Part shown: piece after piece, positions 1-10,700 of the stretch | Layout: every line of letters begins with the position of its first letter | How positions within the stretch are numbered: the stretch's first letter is position 1 | Program-made: the position numbers and the translations under genes | Assembly: GCA_018992565.1 (NCBI GenBank) | Contig: JACVGW010000012.1 | Span: forward strand, 1-49,095 | Direction of reading: 5' to 3' | Source: Theionarchaea archaeon | GTDB taxonomy: Archaea > Methanobacteriota_B > Thermococci > Methanofastidiosales > SZ-28-30 | DNA length: 49,095 nt | Notes under the pieces: model-generated | The model's input: only the letters and a program-made list of their open reading frames with translations | Told to the model about the DNA's origin: nothing | Databases searched by the model: none

Positions 1-250
1 AAGCTCGATGAGCGACGGCGGAATTCTGCAACTGCGTACTGTCCCGACAATGAACTCTCGTCCCTCTTGATCTGCGGAAGAAGAGGTCCCTTTCGGAGGG
101 AAGTGGATCAATCTTCTTTATCTTGTGAACCCCGTCAGGTCCGGAAGGAAGCAGCGGTAGTAGGAACGTTGGATGCTTGAGGGGTAGCGGGGAGGAGAAA
201 GGCTGTACTGCAAGTACAGGAGGAAACCCCCATCATCGAGCATGTCTTTT
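1..250 (+). ncRNA. ffs: Archaeal signal recognition particle (7S) RNA, 5' end (Alu domain) probably upstream of the window
   Basis: Helix 8 motif CCCGTCAGGTCCGGAAGGAAGCAGCGG (131-157) has the GGAA tetraloop. Helix 6 has a GGAG tetraloop (95-98). A long helix 5 closes with GCTCGATGA (3-11) / TCATCGAGC (233-241). The 3' end is approximate. Confidence 0.93.
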
Positions 251-283
251 CCCTCGCAGTGAGAATAATCTGGGGTTTCCAGT

Positions 284-961
284 CTATTTCCTGGCTATTC
301 CCCCCATAATTTTCTTCATGTTGTCGTAATCATGAAACTTCTTTTCATCTCGTTTGAATTCGAGTGTGTGAGCCCAGAGTCTCCCTCCCCTCTCCTGAAG
401 GCCGTGTTTCTTGTGCAACAACTCATGATACATGATGAAGTCCAGAAATTCCTCAGGGACTTCACGCGAATCCAGGACAGGAGAAATAGACACTACATCC
501 CGCTGTGGGTCATACCTGCCCAGAGTCCGCCGGGCCTGGGCTCTCCCCCAGGTCACGGTTGGCTTTTTCATTGATCCACCAAAATACGTTGCGTTAACCC
601 GTTGAAAGCTGTCTGTCAGGCTTCTGTGATTTCCTTCAACAATGGGTACACTCCTTCTGCGCCCTGAAAGCAGGGTGGCAGCCTTCTCCTGCAGCTCCTC
701 ACCTGCAACGTACCTGCTGTATACAGCCCGGTCTTTCTTCGAGACTGGATTTCTTTTCAGCTTCGCCAGTAAAATCCTCCCCAGAGCCAGTAATACATCC
801 TGAGGAGCATCATAGAATGTGTCACTTATTCTGATAAGGATTTTCCCTTTTCTTTTGCGAATTGAATGCTTTATTCCTGCATAAGGATAAAATTCAACTT
901 TGATATTCTCTTTTGCTTGCAGCGGCCTGAAAATCTTTTCGAGATCACGGGTCATCATCAC
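284..961 (-). CDS. SprT-like / YgjP-like zinc metallopeptidase domain protein
   Basis: HELLH zincin motif with a downstream H..F and an upstream 'RTLGRYD' segment. Confidence 0.75.
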   Translation of the reverse strand: MMMTRDLEKIFRPLQAKENIKVEFYPYAGIKHSIRKRKGKILIRISDTFYDAPQDVLLALGRILLAKLKRNPVSKKDRAVYSRYVAGEELQEKAATLLSGRRRSVPIVEGNHRSLTDSFQRVNATYFGGSMKKPTVTWGRAQARRTLGRYDPQRDVVSISPVLDSREVPEEFLDFIMYHELLHKKHGLQERGGRLWAHTLEFKRDEKKFHDYDNMKKIMGGIARK

Positions 962-979
962 ATGCTCATCTCTCCGCTA

Positions 980-1124
980 AAAAAGGTTTCCTTCGACTCT
1001 CATGGTCTTCCCATCTCTTGGCTTGAACCCGGGTAGGTAGCCAGGAACCATTTCTCTGGTTCCACTGGGCTGCCCATGGTGCCCGAACATGCCTGTATCC
1101 AGGGCCCTCAGCAAGGACCTTTTT
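980..1124. other. Long imperfect inverted repeat (rod-like fold), candidate ncRNA or structured UTR
   Basis: Nested complementary arms: AAAAAGGT/ACCTTTTT, CCTT/AAGG, CGGGTA/TGCCCG, GGTAGC/GCTGCC, and GGAACCA (1044-1050) / TGGTTCC (1057-1063). Confidence 0.45.
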
Positions 1125-1189
1125 CTCCACGACTTACTAGTGGAATTGTCTCCGCAAACCTTTAAAAGTCTACGAAACCACAGACTCAC

Positions 1190-3436
1190 ATGCCTCACAA
1201 TCGTCGTACTCTTATCATTATTGCGGCATTGTTGGCCGTGATGTGTCTGGGCCTCTATGTTAGAAGTTATTACATTAGAACAGAAGGGAAGTATCTTCTG
1301 GCTTTTGATCCTTACTATCACTACAGGATGGCAGAGACTATTGTTGAACAGGGCTCGCGTCCCGAATGGGACACCATGGCAGTGTACCCATCTGGTGCAC
1401 CTGTAAGGCATCCCCCTTTTTTCCATTACTATCTGGCATACTCCTATCTCATGGTTCGCGCAGTCTCCGACATCTCACTCTTTCAATGGACTGTGTATGC
1501 CAATGTTATCCCGACTATACTGGCTATTCTCTTTGCGTACCTGGCAGGGAAGACTCTGACAAACGATGTTGGTGGGCTGTTCACTGCTCTCTTCATGTCG
1601 GTGAATGGATCCATAGCTTCCCGCACTGTTATTGGCTACACAGATACTGATATCTGGATTGTCATGTTTTCTTTTGCAGTAGCCTACTTCTTCTTCAAGA
1701 GCATCAGGAGTGAAAAAGCCAGAGAGAAGGTAGTCTATCCTGTTCTACTGGGATTCTCCTTATTCCTGTTTTCGATCACGTGGATAGGTCACTGGCATCT
1801 ATTTATTTTGGTAGTGGGTGCTTTCTGTCTTTCTCTGCTCATAGATGTTGCAAGGAGGAATATCAGCAGGGATATACCCCTGGCTGCGACCGTGACTGTT
1901 TTTTCATTCATTCTTCCCTATGCACTGTACAAGGAATACTTTGCCATGGCAGGGATACTGGGGGTACTGGCAGCAGTATGGATACTCTCATCCCGGATAG
2001 GAATCCCACGCGTGCAGAGAATTGCGATTCCCGCAATAGGGCTGGCTGGAATTGCAACAGCTGCAATCACCCTGGTATCTGACGGAATGGTCAGTAGAGT
2101 CACACAGGTATTGAAAGCCCTGCTGGGGCAGTCTTCACCAGGAACCTCTCCACTGGTTCTGCCCGATATTTCTGTTTCTATTGTGCAGAGATTTGAGGTC
2201 ACATTTGCCAGTGTCACCCAGTTGTTCAGTGCACTGCTGCTTATTGCACCTCTGGGCGTAGTGGTTCTCCTGTGGAAGCGGGATCGCTTTTCCCTGATTA
2301 CTCTGGGATATCTCGGACTGTATTATGCTGGCACTGGTGTGCTCCTCCTGATGGGAGGACGATACCTCATGCTCTTTGCCATACCACTCGTTCTTGCAGG
2401 CGGCATTTTCTTCGGGAAGTTGCCTGAGACCCTGGGAACCCGTGTCACAACCAGGGGAATGTGGGCTGTGGGATTTGTGTGTGCGCTGAGTATTGTTCCC
2501 TGCTACCTTGGGGCTTCAGATGCCAGTCAGGCAGAGGCAGTCATGGACGGCAACCTGTGGGAAGCACTAACCTGGATCAGGGACAATACCCCTGAGGACG
2601 CGGTGGTAATTTCGGGGTGGGATTCAGGATACTGGATCGAGTCTATTGCCAAACGGAGAACAGTGATGAATGGATCGCACCACGATATCTGGTGGAGGAT
2701 AGTCAAAGCTGGAAAGATCGTAGAAACAACAGATGAGGAAATCGCAATGAAGGAAATTTACGGGTTTGACAGCCTTTCTGAAGTCCGAGGGCTGAGAGAA
2801 TTCCCTGAAGGAAATACCAAAGCTGTGACAAAAGAAATGTCTGGGTTCGCAGAGGATGATGCGTACATCCTCATCAGTGAGTGGACAATTTTGACTTTTT
2901 ACTGGCTGTCCTACTTCGGTAACTGGGACTACGTTGCTGGAGAGGGCGAGGGTCGGATATACAACCCACTGTGGATTCAGGGCGCACGAAAGCTGTATGT
3001 GGGCACTGACTATGTATACGGAGACCAGAGCATTGCCTTTTCTGTCATCAGAGAAGGTGAGAATTACCACAGTTACATAATTGACCAGAATTCAGGTTAT
3101 GTGCCGACCATAGGAACTCTATTCATCAAGGATGATGTCATGTACTTCTTCAGTAGAGAAAATGGGGAATTTGGCGTAATTTTTGTACCTCCTGAAAGCT
3201 TGCAGTACTTCGAGGTCCAGAAAACGTGGGAGGATATGCCCAACCAGGTTTTCTTGATAAAGGAGGAAGACCTGGGATGCATGCTCACAAGGATGTTTTT
3301 CTTTAACGGAGAAGGACTGCACTATTTTGAGCTGGTGAAAGACTGTGGAACATCAAAAGTATTCAAGGTGCACAAGGTTCCTCTGGACTTTGATCAGGGT
3401 GTCATAGCAGTAGAAGACACATACACGCCCGTGTAG
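1190..3436 (+). CDS. aglB: STT3/AglB-family oligosaccharyltransferase-like membrane protein with divergent motifs
   Basis: AFDPYYHYR and DTD motifs, many TM helices, and a C-terminal domain 'ALTWIRDNTPEDAVVISGWDSGYWI' (WWDYG variant). TATA (TTTAAAA, 1161-1167) lies ~23 nt upstream of the ATG. Confidence 0.85.
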   Translation: MPHNRRTLIIIAALLAVMCLGLYVRSYYIRTEGKYLLAFDPYYHYRMAETIVEQGSRPEWDTMAVYPSGAPVRHPPFFHYYLAYSYLMVRAVSDISLFQWTVYANVIPTILAILFAYLAGKTLTNDVGGLFTALFMSVNGSIASRTVIGYTDTDIWIVMFSFAVAYFFFKSIRSEKAREKVVYPVLLGFSLFLFSITWIGHWHLFILVVGAFCLSLLIDVARRNISRDIPLAATVTVFSFILPYALYKEYFAMAGILGVLAAVWILSSRIGIPRVQRIAIPAIGLAGIATAAITLVSDGMVSRVTQVLKALLGQSSPGTSPLVLPDISVSIVQRFEVTFASVTQLFSALLLIAPLGVVVLLWKRDRFSLITLGYLGLYYAGTGVLLLMGGRYLMLFAIPLVLAGGIFFGKLPETLGTRVTTRGMWAVGFVCALSIVPCYLGASDASQAEAVMDGNLWEALTWIRDNTPEDAVVISGWDSGYWIESIAKRRTVMNGSHHDIWWRIVKAGKIVETTDEEIAMKEIYGFDSLSEVRGLREFPEGNTKAVTKEMSGFAEDDAYILISEWTILTFYWLSYFGNWDYVAGEGEGRIYNPLWIQGARKLYVGTDYVYGDQSIAFSVIREGENYHSYIIDQNSGYVPTIGTLFIKDDVMYFFSRENGEFGVIFVPPESLQYFEVQKTWEDMPNQVFLIKEEDLGCMLTRMFFFNGEGLHYFELVKDCGTSKVFKVHKVPLDFDQGVIAVEDTYTPV

Positions 3437-3593
3437 CGATGATACCTGAACTGAGATAGGAGAACACTTCAATTCGCTGTATCACCTCAGATTCCAGAGG
3501 GCTGAGTTGTCTGTCTACTACAGACTGTGGCAGCCATGTAATCACAGATATGAAATATGATTATGAAGAATAACCCAGCACAAAGGTGATCAT

Positions 3594-4178
3594 GTGAATG
3601 AGCTCTTGGAGAAATTACGAGGGGGGGATCTGCGTTCAGACGGGCGAGCCAATGAGGTAGTGAAAGACGTCCTGGAATCCCGTCATCTGCTGCCCATGGT
3701 GATCCAGGGATTGGATGAACCTGATGATGTGGTGCGTCGAAGAACAGCTGATGCTCTGGAGAAGATTTCTCGGATAGCTCCAGAATTGCTGAAAGAGTTC
3801 ATGAGAAAACTCACGGATTTGATGGTGCATGATGATGTCCCCATGGTACGATGGCATCTGGTAATGATATGTGGGAATGTTGAGTTGTCTCACGAAGAGG
3901 CTCAGGAAGTGGTGTCAGTACTGGTTCACCTCCTGCAAGACAGGAGTACCTTTGTCAGGAGCTGGACAGTAGCCACCCTCTGTATCCTTGGATTGAAACA
4001 TGAGGGCAACCGCAGAGAAATCACAGAGAGAATACGGACCCTCACAGATGATGAGAGTATTGCAGTCAGGTCAAGAGTCGCCAGAGCACTTGATGTTCTG
4101 GAGTTCAAAAGTGACGTTCCAGCAGGCTGGCGCAAGGGTCAAAAAGGATCTTCTTACCGCATGGACAAAGGTGTGTAA
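3594..4178 (+). CDS. HEAT-repeat domain protein
   Basis: Repeated L.D....VR units (DDVVRRR, DVPMVRW, STFVRSW, SIAVRSR). RBS AGGTGA precedes the GTG start. Confidence 0.75.
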   Translation: MNELLEKLRGGDLRSDGRANEVVKDVLESRHLLPMVIQGLDEPDDVVRRRTADALEKISRIAPELLKEFMRKLTDLMVHDDVPMVRWHLVMICGNVELSHEEAQEVVSVLVHLLQDRSTFVRSWTVATLCILGLKHEGNRREITERIRTLTDDESIAVRSRVARALDVLEFKSDVPAGWRKGQKGSSYRMDKGV

Positions 4179-4188
4179 TCAGGTTGCA

Positions 4189-5016
4189 TCAGGTAGACTG
4201 GGAGTTAGACAGTGCCCTGTATTCTTTCATTCTCTTCAGCAGAATGTAAGGGACCTTCATGCACCCCAGATCAATGTGGGGTTTGTGCGATCCATGGAAG
4301 TCAGATCCTCCTGTTATGAACAACCCATGCTGCTTTGCCAGGAATTTAAAGTGATCAACGTTCTCTTCAGTGTGCGAGGGGTAGTAGACCTCAATTCCTT
4401 TGAGCCCTTCTTTACACAGTCTTTCTACAGTCTTTTCAACGTCAAAGACTGTCACAGGGTGGGCAAGAACTGGAATCCCTCCTGCCCCTATAAGTGACCG
4501 TATTGTTGCTCGTTCCGACAATTTTTCACGTTCTACATATGCGGAAGCTCCCCTTTTCAGGTATTCTTCAAATGCTTCGTCAATAGTGCTGCAGTATCCG
4601 GCTCTCACCAGAGCTTGAGCAATGTGAGGCCTTCCCAGATATGCATTGTGCAGGAAAAGTTCTTTCTCAATAGACATCCCCATGACCTCAAGAGCTCCAA
4701 TGATGGAGATATTTCTTTCCCTCCTCTTTTTCTGGAGAAAAACTGTTGCTTCTGTGATAGAGTAACTTCTGGAGTCGACAAATAGCCCCAGAATGTGCAA
4801 GCTTCCTTTTTCACACTCTGCAGAGAGTTCGACTCCTGGAACGACTTCAATCCCTGTAGATACTCCTTCCTGGATTGCCCTTTCATTTCCAGCTACAGAA
4901 TCATGGTCAGTAACAGCAATAGCTTCCAGGTTTTTTTCTCTGGCATACTGGACCAGAGCTTCCGGGCTCAAGGTTCCATCTGAGCAGGTAGTATGAGTAT
5001 GGAGATCAATTGACAT
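4189..5016 (-). CDS. PHP-domain phosphoesterase (TrpH/YciV-like)
   Basis: DLHTHTTCSDG, AVTDHD, LAHP and GGSDFHG motifs. Confidence 0.9.
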   Translation of the reverse strand: MSIDLHTHTTCSDGTLSPEALVQYAREKNLEAIAVTDHDSVAGNERAIQEGVSTGIEVVPGVELSAECEKGSLHILGLFVDSRSYSITEATVFLQKKRRERNISIIGALEVMGMSIEKELFLHNAYLGRPHIAQALVRAGYCSTIDEAFEEYLKRGASAYVEREKLSERATIRSLIGAGGIPVLAHPVTVFDVEKTVERLCKEGLKGIEVYYPSHTEENVDHFKFLAKQHGLFITGGSDFHGSHKPHIDLGCMKVPYILLKRMKEYRALSNSQST

Positions 5017-5063
5017 GGTGATACTTGGTCACGGTCTTTTTAAGTAATAGGTTATAGTATTAC

Positions 5064-5990
5064 TCAATCCTTCAATAGCCGTGCATTTCTTCCAACGTGG
5101 AGAGAACATGTTTCTACGCCCATATCTCTGATTCTTTGCTCAATTGTTTCTCTATCCTCAGGATACGAGTTAATGTACAACCCAATCCAATCAGCGTTGA
5201 AATAGGCTGTTACCCCCTCCTCACGCAGCACCGTCACTTCACGGAGAACTCTCAGGACATCAGGTGACCACAGGACCTGGTCGCTTCCTGCAGCAGCAGC
5301 GTGAAGCAGTAGTGAATCTTTTTCTGCCAATTCACCAATTCCCTCTATATCATGATTCCTGATGGCTCTCTCCATCTCAATGACACCAGTACGGCATGTT
5401 TTCAGCCGCGCTTCGGCAAGAGGAGACTTTGCTATTTCAAAATCACTCATGAACAGGTCCACAAACACACGGACCATTCCTATTTCCAGTTCTTCCTCAA
5501 TGACTACTGAGTGAGAAAACTCCTCCTGCAAGCCAGCCGTCCACTTCGAAACCCACCCCACGACTGCCCCAGGTGCAGATTCTGAGCCCTTGGAAGCAAT
5601 CCGTGATAATTCCTTGTGGCTCAAATCCAGTCCACAGGCTTCGGCAGAAGCTGCAGCTACGGCAGCGATGAACGAAGGTTCATCAAGGGTAGTATCCATG
5701 GGCAGGTTGCTCTTCCCCAGAACAGAACACTCGCTCTCAATCCCGGATAGCCTCTTGACGTGAGAGATTACTGCGTCAACTCCGCGCCTCACTTTCCGGG
5801 TTACAGCACGCCCCTCAAAGATGATGTCTCTCGCTTCTCTTTCTTCCTGAAATTCCACAGTAACCATTGTCTCTAAGGGAGCTGTGCACACTGAAATACT
5901 GCCAAGAAAGGGTATATGTGCACCTGGCGTGGCCAATGGAAGTGGGCCTATCCAGGTTTGTACTGGGTGAGCATGTGCTGTGGCCTTCAT
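5064..5990 (-). CDS. GHMP-family (di)phosphomevalonate decarboxylase-like protein with degenerate motifs
   Basis: N-terminus MKATAHAHPVQ, 'SISVCTAP', 'LAEKDSLLLHA' and 'LREEGVTAYF' match the archaeal MvaD pattern. Start moved to the ATG at 5990. Confidence 0.7.
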   Translation of the reverse strand: MKATAHAHPVQTWIGPLPLATPGAHIPFLGSISVCTAPLETMVTVEFQEEREARDIIFEGRAVTRKVRRGVDAVISHVKRLSGIESECSVLGKSNLPMDTTLDEPSFIAAVAAASAEACGLDLSHKELSRIASKGSESAPGAVVGWVSKWTAGLQEEFSHSVVIEEELEIGMVRVFVDLFMSDFEIAKSPLAEARLKTCRTGVIEMERAIRNHDIEGIGELAEKDSLLLHAAAAGSDQVLWSPDVLRVLREVTVLREEGVTAYFNADWIGLYINSYPEDRETIEQRIRDMGVETCSLHVGRNARLLKD

Positions 5991-6086
5991 ATTGGTATTC
6001 ACTTTTCGGCAATTATAAAAGCTCTCCAACGATGCTCTCACCCTTGTCTTCAAAACCTATTTATGCGTCAAATTCACATAGTCTTT

Positions 6087-6689
6087 ATGGATATTGAATG
6101 GGTATCTGGTGTGGCTTTCGTTGTAATGTTCGTGGGTTACAATCTGGTCTACTTCAGATACACCAAGATCTATCCCAAGAAAACCCAGAAAGGACGCCAG
6201 AACATATACAGGGAGTACTGGATTGAAAATGTTCTCAAGGGAGAAAGAGGGATGGTTGCAGTGCAGCAGATCAGAAATATGACCACCATCACCACATTCC
6301 TGGCTTCTTCCACTCTGATCTTTATGGGTGTTGCAGTGAGCTATGCCAGGGGATCTCTTCCTGGCCTGCAGGATTACTACGACTACAAATTGTATGCTCT
6401 GATAGGAATCATTGCCCTGGCTTTCTTCAATTTCCTCTTCACTTTGAGGACAGCCAATGAGATTACCATTCTGATAGAATCGTCTCCCTCGAAGATTGAG
6501 GAACTGGAGGGAATTCCAGCTGTGGAGTACCTTACTAAGAAAACAAACCAAGCCTTTCTCCACCATACTTTTGGAATGCGGTGCCTGTACTACAGTATCC
6601 CGCTGTTTTTCTGGTTTTTCAGTCCTGTAGTCTTTGTGGCACTGACTGTAGTCATAACAGCGGGGATTGCAAAGTTCCTGGATTTCTGA
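6087..6689 (+). CDS. DUF599-family membrane protein
   Basis: AVQQIRN...TFLASS and G.R.LYYSIPLFFWFFSP motifs with four TM segments. Start reassigned to ATG 6087. Confidence 0.8.
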   Translation: MDIEWVSGVAFVVMFVGYNLVYFRYTKIYPKKTQKGRQNIYREYWIENVLKGERGMVAVQQIRNMTTITTFLASSTLIFMGVAVSYARGSLPGLQDYYDYKLYALIGIIALAFFNFLFTLRTANEITILIESSPSKIEELEGIPAVEYLTKKTNQAFLHHTFGMRCLYYSIPLFFWFFSPVVFVALTVVITAGIAKFLDF

Positions 6690-6772
6690 CTACTCCCGGA
6701 AGCTTCTCCTGTTAGGGGAAGTTCTCTCCTCCAGACAAGAAACCTTTTTTATGTGGATTCCAACCCCACCAT

Positions 6773-7597
6773 ATGTTTGAAGAAGTTGTGGCCCAGCTCA
6801 ATAGCCAGTACTCACATAAACAGACGTATTTTGTCACTCCAATCTCGGGTGAAGAACCAGGGACCTTAGCTGCAGTAGATGGAGGAGCTGCAATCCTGTG
6901 GAGCAACACTGTCCAGAGTATTGGAGTGGTGACTGCAGGATACATTGTATATGATGAGAATCACCGTATTGTGCGTCATCAGGTGCGCAGTAAGGCGATC
7001 CTCCTCTCTGGAGAGGATATTGATGTGTTTCGATTTGACTATGAGCTTGAGCATCTTGAGGCGGCTGCCTCTTTCTCTGACTGTGTTTTGTTTGATGGAG
7101 CATTACAGGATATACCCAAGACATCATTCAGGAAGGTCATTGAAGCCTTGGGTGACACCACAACTGTCATAGGGATTTCTAAGAAGACGCGGCTGGATAC
7201 TCTGCAGGAAGGTATTCCTGATACTCAGGTTCTGGACTATCCGGGAACGTGGTATTACAGGCTCTCCGAGAAGGCGTGTGCATCAGTGAAGCCTCTGGGA
7301 GACATTTACATTGCCAGGCTGCATGAGGGTGGACCATCTTTCAGAGTTGATGTGAAAGGAATCCCCTTGTTTTCACGGTTGGCCTATTTTTCCCGCTATC
7401 TCTTCTGTTTGGGGTATCCATATCCTCTAACGGAAATACACAGGGCTACCACGCTGAGGGACAAGAAAGAATACTACCAGAGTGTCCTGCAAAATGCCAT
7501 GATTCAACAGGGGCTTGAAAAGGAATATTTCTCAGGAATCTACTATCTTGAGAGGCAGAAAGAGGAATTCCACCATGTTCTGGATGGATTGATCTGA
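6773..7597 (+). CDS. nurA: NurA-domain nuclease
   Basis: AAVDGG, LFDGAL, GISK and GYPYPL...H motifs of NurA. Confidence 0.85.
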   Translation: MFEEVVAQLNSQYSHKQTYFVTPISGEEPGTLAAVDGGAAILWSNTVQSIGVVTAGYIVYDENHRIVRHQVRSKAILLSGEDIDVFRFDYELEHLEAAASFSDCVLFDGALQDIPKTSFRKVIEALGDTTTVIGISKKTRLDTLQEGIPDTQVLDYPGTWYYRLSEKACASVKPLGDIYIARLHEGGPSFRVDVKGIPLFSRLAYFSRYLFCLGYPYPLTEIHRATTLRDKKEYYQSVLQNAMIQQGLEKEYFSGIYYLERQKEEFHHVLDGLI

Positions 7598-7756
7598 AAG
7601 TTGTTCCTGATTCTCGCTATTGACGAAACATGAAGAATCAGCGTATGCATTCTGAAAGACCCCTTGGTAATTCCTTTAAAGGCCCAACTGAACCCAAACA
7701 TTTAAAAAGCAGGCAGACTTGATACAATATAGAATTCTCAAAGGAGAAAGGAGGAA

Positions 7757-10700
7757 ATGGATATGCAGAAGTCGACCAAGCTCGTAATGGCTGTAGCACT
7801 TGTTCTGCTGCTGGTAGGTTCAGGTATCACCTACGAAACCAAAGCCAGCGGACCCCGACCTGTAGAGTTACAGGTCAACGAGAACAGTGTGCTCCTCCGT
7901 TCTGCCTCTATCGATGTCAGGTTTGCTGATAACTTGAGAGGGAACCAACAGCTGCCGGTGGACGGCGGATACTACCTCGTGCATTTCAAGGACATGCTGG
8001 GAAAGGATACGGCATCCCGGTTTGTTCTGGCTGTGTCACAGGGAAATATCAAAGAATACATTGGATACAGTACCTATCTGTGTCGATTAAGTAGTTCTCA
8101 CATGGCAGCATTGAATTCCATGAAGGAAATTGACTGGATAGGTCCGTGGAAACCTGAGTACAAGATCAGCCCTGATGTCTATGAGACTGCCAAGACAACG
8201 ACTACCTCAGAAGGGATGCCCTTCGATGGGGATCAAGCGCCGAAGTTCAATGAGCTTTCGCAGCCTGAGAATGAGTTTGCGATTACGTTTTTCACGGGAG
8301 AGAACTCCGCCAACTATATACCTCAGATCAGAGCAATAGGTGGTTATATTCACAATTATACTGCTGAAAGGATGTATGTAACCCTGGACAGGGAGAAAGT
8401 GGTCCAGCTTGCTGATCTGAATGGTGTGTACTTCGTGGAGAGACGATACTTGATGGCACCTGTAAACGACAATGACACCTGGATCGTACAGACCAACCAA
8501 CTTGGAAACAGGAAGGTGTTTAGCAATGGTATTACTGGTTCGGGGCAGGTTGTCGCAATTTCCGATACGGGTATTGATGCAGACCACCTGATGTTCTGGG
8601 ATTCTGTACAGGGACTGCCCTCCCACACGTATAATGCAGCTCAGAGGAAGGTTCTATCATACTACAACTGGTATCAAACCGGAGTCTATACCGTGGCTAC
8701 TCCTTACAACTATTACAATCCTGGAGACGGATACTACCCAGGAGCCGCAGATCCCATGTACAACGTGTACGACTGGGATATTGAGAATCCCATTGGGACC
8801 AACTACGCCGCAGGCCATGGTACACACACATCTGGTACTATTGCAGGTGAGTGGGTGACTGGTAGCGTGTTGCCCACATGGGGTATAACTCCTACTGCCG
8901 GATATGACTTCTACGAGGGAACTGCTTTCCAGGGCAAGCTGGTATTTCAGGATTTGGGACGGTCTGATTCACCGTATGTGTATGGACCTCCAGATCTCAA
9001 TGACCCGACACCTGCAGGGACGCTGAATGGTGTCGCATTCCCTGGGACTGTTGGATTGTTCCCCCAGGCCATGGCAGATGGTGCATACATTCACTCTAAT
9101 TCCTGGGGAGGAGGAGCGTATGGAGCATATGACCCTTACTCCAGGGATGTTGATGAGATGATGTGGGCCAACAAGAATTTCCTGGTGGTATTCTCAAACG
9201 GGAATGACGGGCCCGGTACTACGACTATCACTCCCCCCGCCACTGCCAAGGACTGCCTGAGCGTTGGAGCCTCTGAAACCTCAAATGACGGGTATGGCGA
9301 CAATTCAGAGGACGTGGCTTCATTCTCCAGCTGGGGACCTACTGGAGGCTGGGGAAGAATAAAGCCTGATGTGTGCGCCCCTGGACAGATCATATTCTCA
9401 GGAGCCAACAACAATGTTACAGATGGCACATCACCCAACGATGGATTGGTGGGCCTTCAGGGAACCAGTATGGCGGCCCCCGGTATTGCAGGATGCTGTG
9501 CGTTGGTACGAGAATACTTTATGACTGGGAGTTACACACCTGTAGGTTCATCAACAGGATTCCAGGCTGGAGGAGCTTTCACTCCCTCAGCTGCCATGAT
9601 GAAAGCAGTCATCATCAACAGTGCCCAGCCCATGACTGGATACAACATAGGTGGGACTATCCCCGGTGATGGCCAGGGATGGGGCCGCGTGCTACTTGAC
9701 AATGCACTGTACTTCTCTGGAGATACCCAGTCCCTTCTGATAGATGACAACACTGCAGGATTGGATGGAGCTGCCATCGTACAACCCTTCTTCAAGGCGT
9801 ATACAGCTGTTGTTGGACCTGGAGGATATCTTGACGTCACTATGGCCTATACCGATCCCCCAGGAACAGCAGGTTCCGCTTTCCAGATGGTCAACTACAT
9901 GTACATAGAGGTAGATCATCCTAACGGGATTACATACTACTTGAGCGGAGCCGGCAACTTTTCCGGCGGCTGGACAGTGCCCAATACTGCCTTTATATAC
10001 CCTGATACAGTGCAGAAGGTTCGCATCAACAACCCAACACCCGGTTTATACACCATATTCGTTGTAGCGTTCCAGACGAATCAAGTGACTCCTGGCTGGA
10101 ATGTGCAGCCCTATGCTCTCTCTGTCTCAGGGAACATTGTTCAGTCACAGGGCGTGGTGCAGTTCGATCAGGATTACTACGGGACTACTGATACGCTGGG
10201 AATAACACTCACAGATGCAGACCTGGCAGGAACAGGTACAGCAAGTGTCACAGTTTCCAGTGCTGCCACAGGAGACAGTGAATCTGTCACTGTGAATGAA
10301 ACTGGCGGTGCTACTGGTATTTTCCAGGGGACACTCGGTTGCCTCCCGGGTACGGCAAATCCAGGAAATGGTCAACTGGAAGTATCAGATCCCGACACTC
10401 TCACTGTGACCTACAATGACGCCAGTCCTGCAGGAACAAGGACGGATACTGCCCAAATTGATGGAGTGCCTCCAGTGATCACCAATGTGGCGGCCAACAC
10501 CTGTAATGGGTCAAGTGTCGAGATTACCTGGGACACTGATGAGAACGCCACAACTGTGGTCAACTGGGGAACAACTACCGCATATGGGAACACAATCTCA
10601 GACTCAAACCTGGTGCTCAACCACTATGTTGAATTCGACGGGCTACAGATGGGGACTACCTACTACTACGAGGTATGTTCAACAGATCAAGCAGGGAATT

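Noticed and set aside
3..241. Apparently short (~240 nt) or permuted SRP RNA, since positions 3-11 pair with 233-241
   Set aside because: The pairing is continuous with helix 5, and the Alu domain most likely lies just upstream of the window start, giving a normal length.
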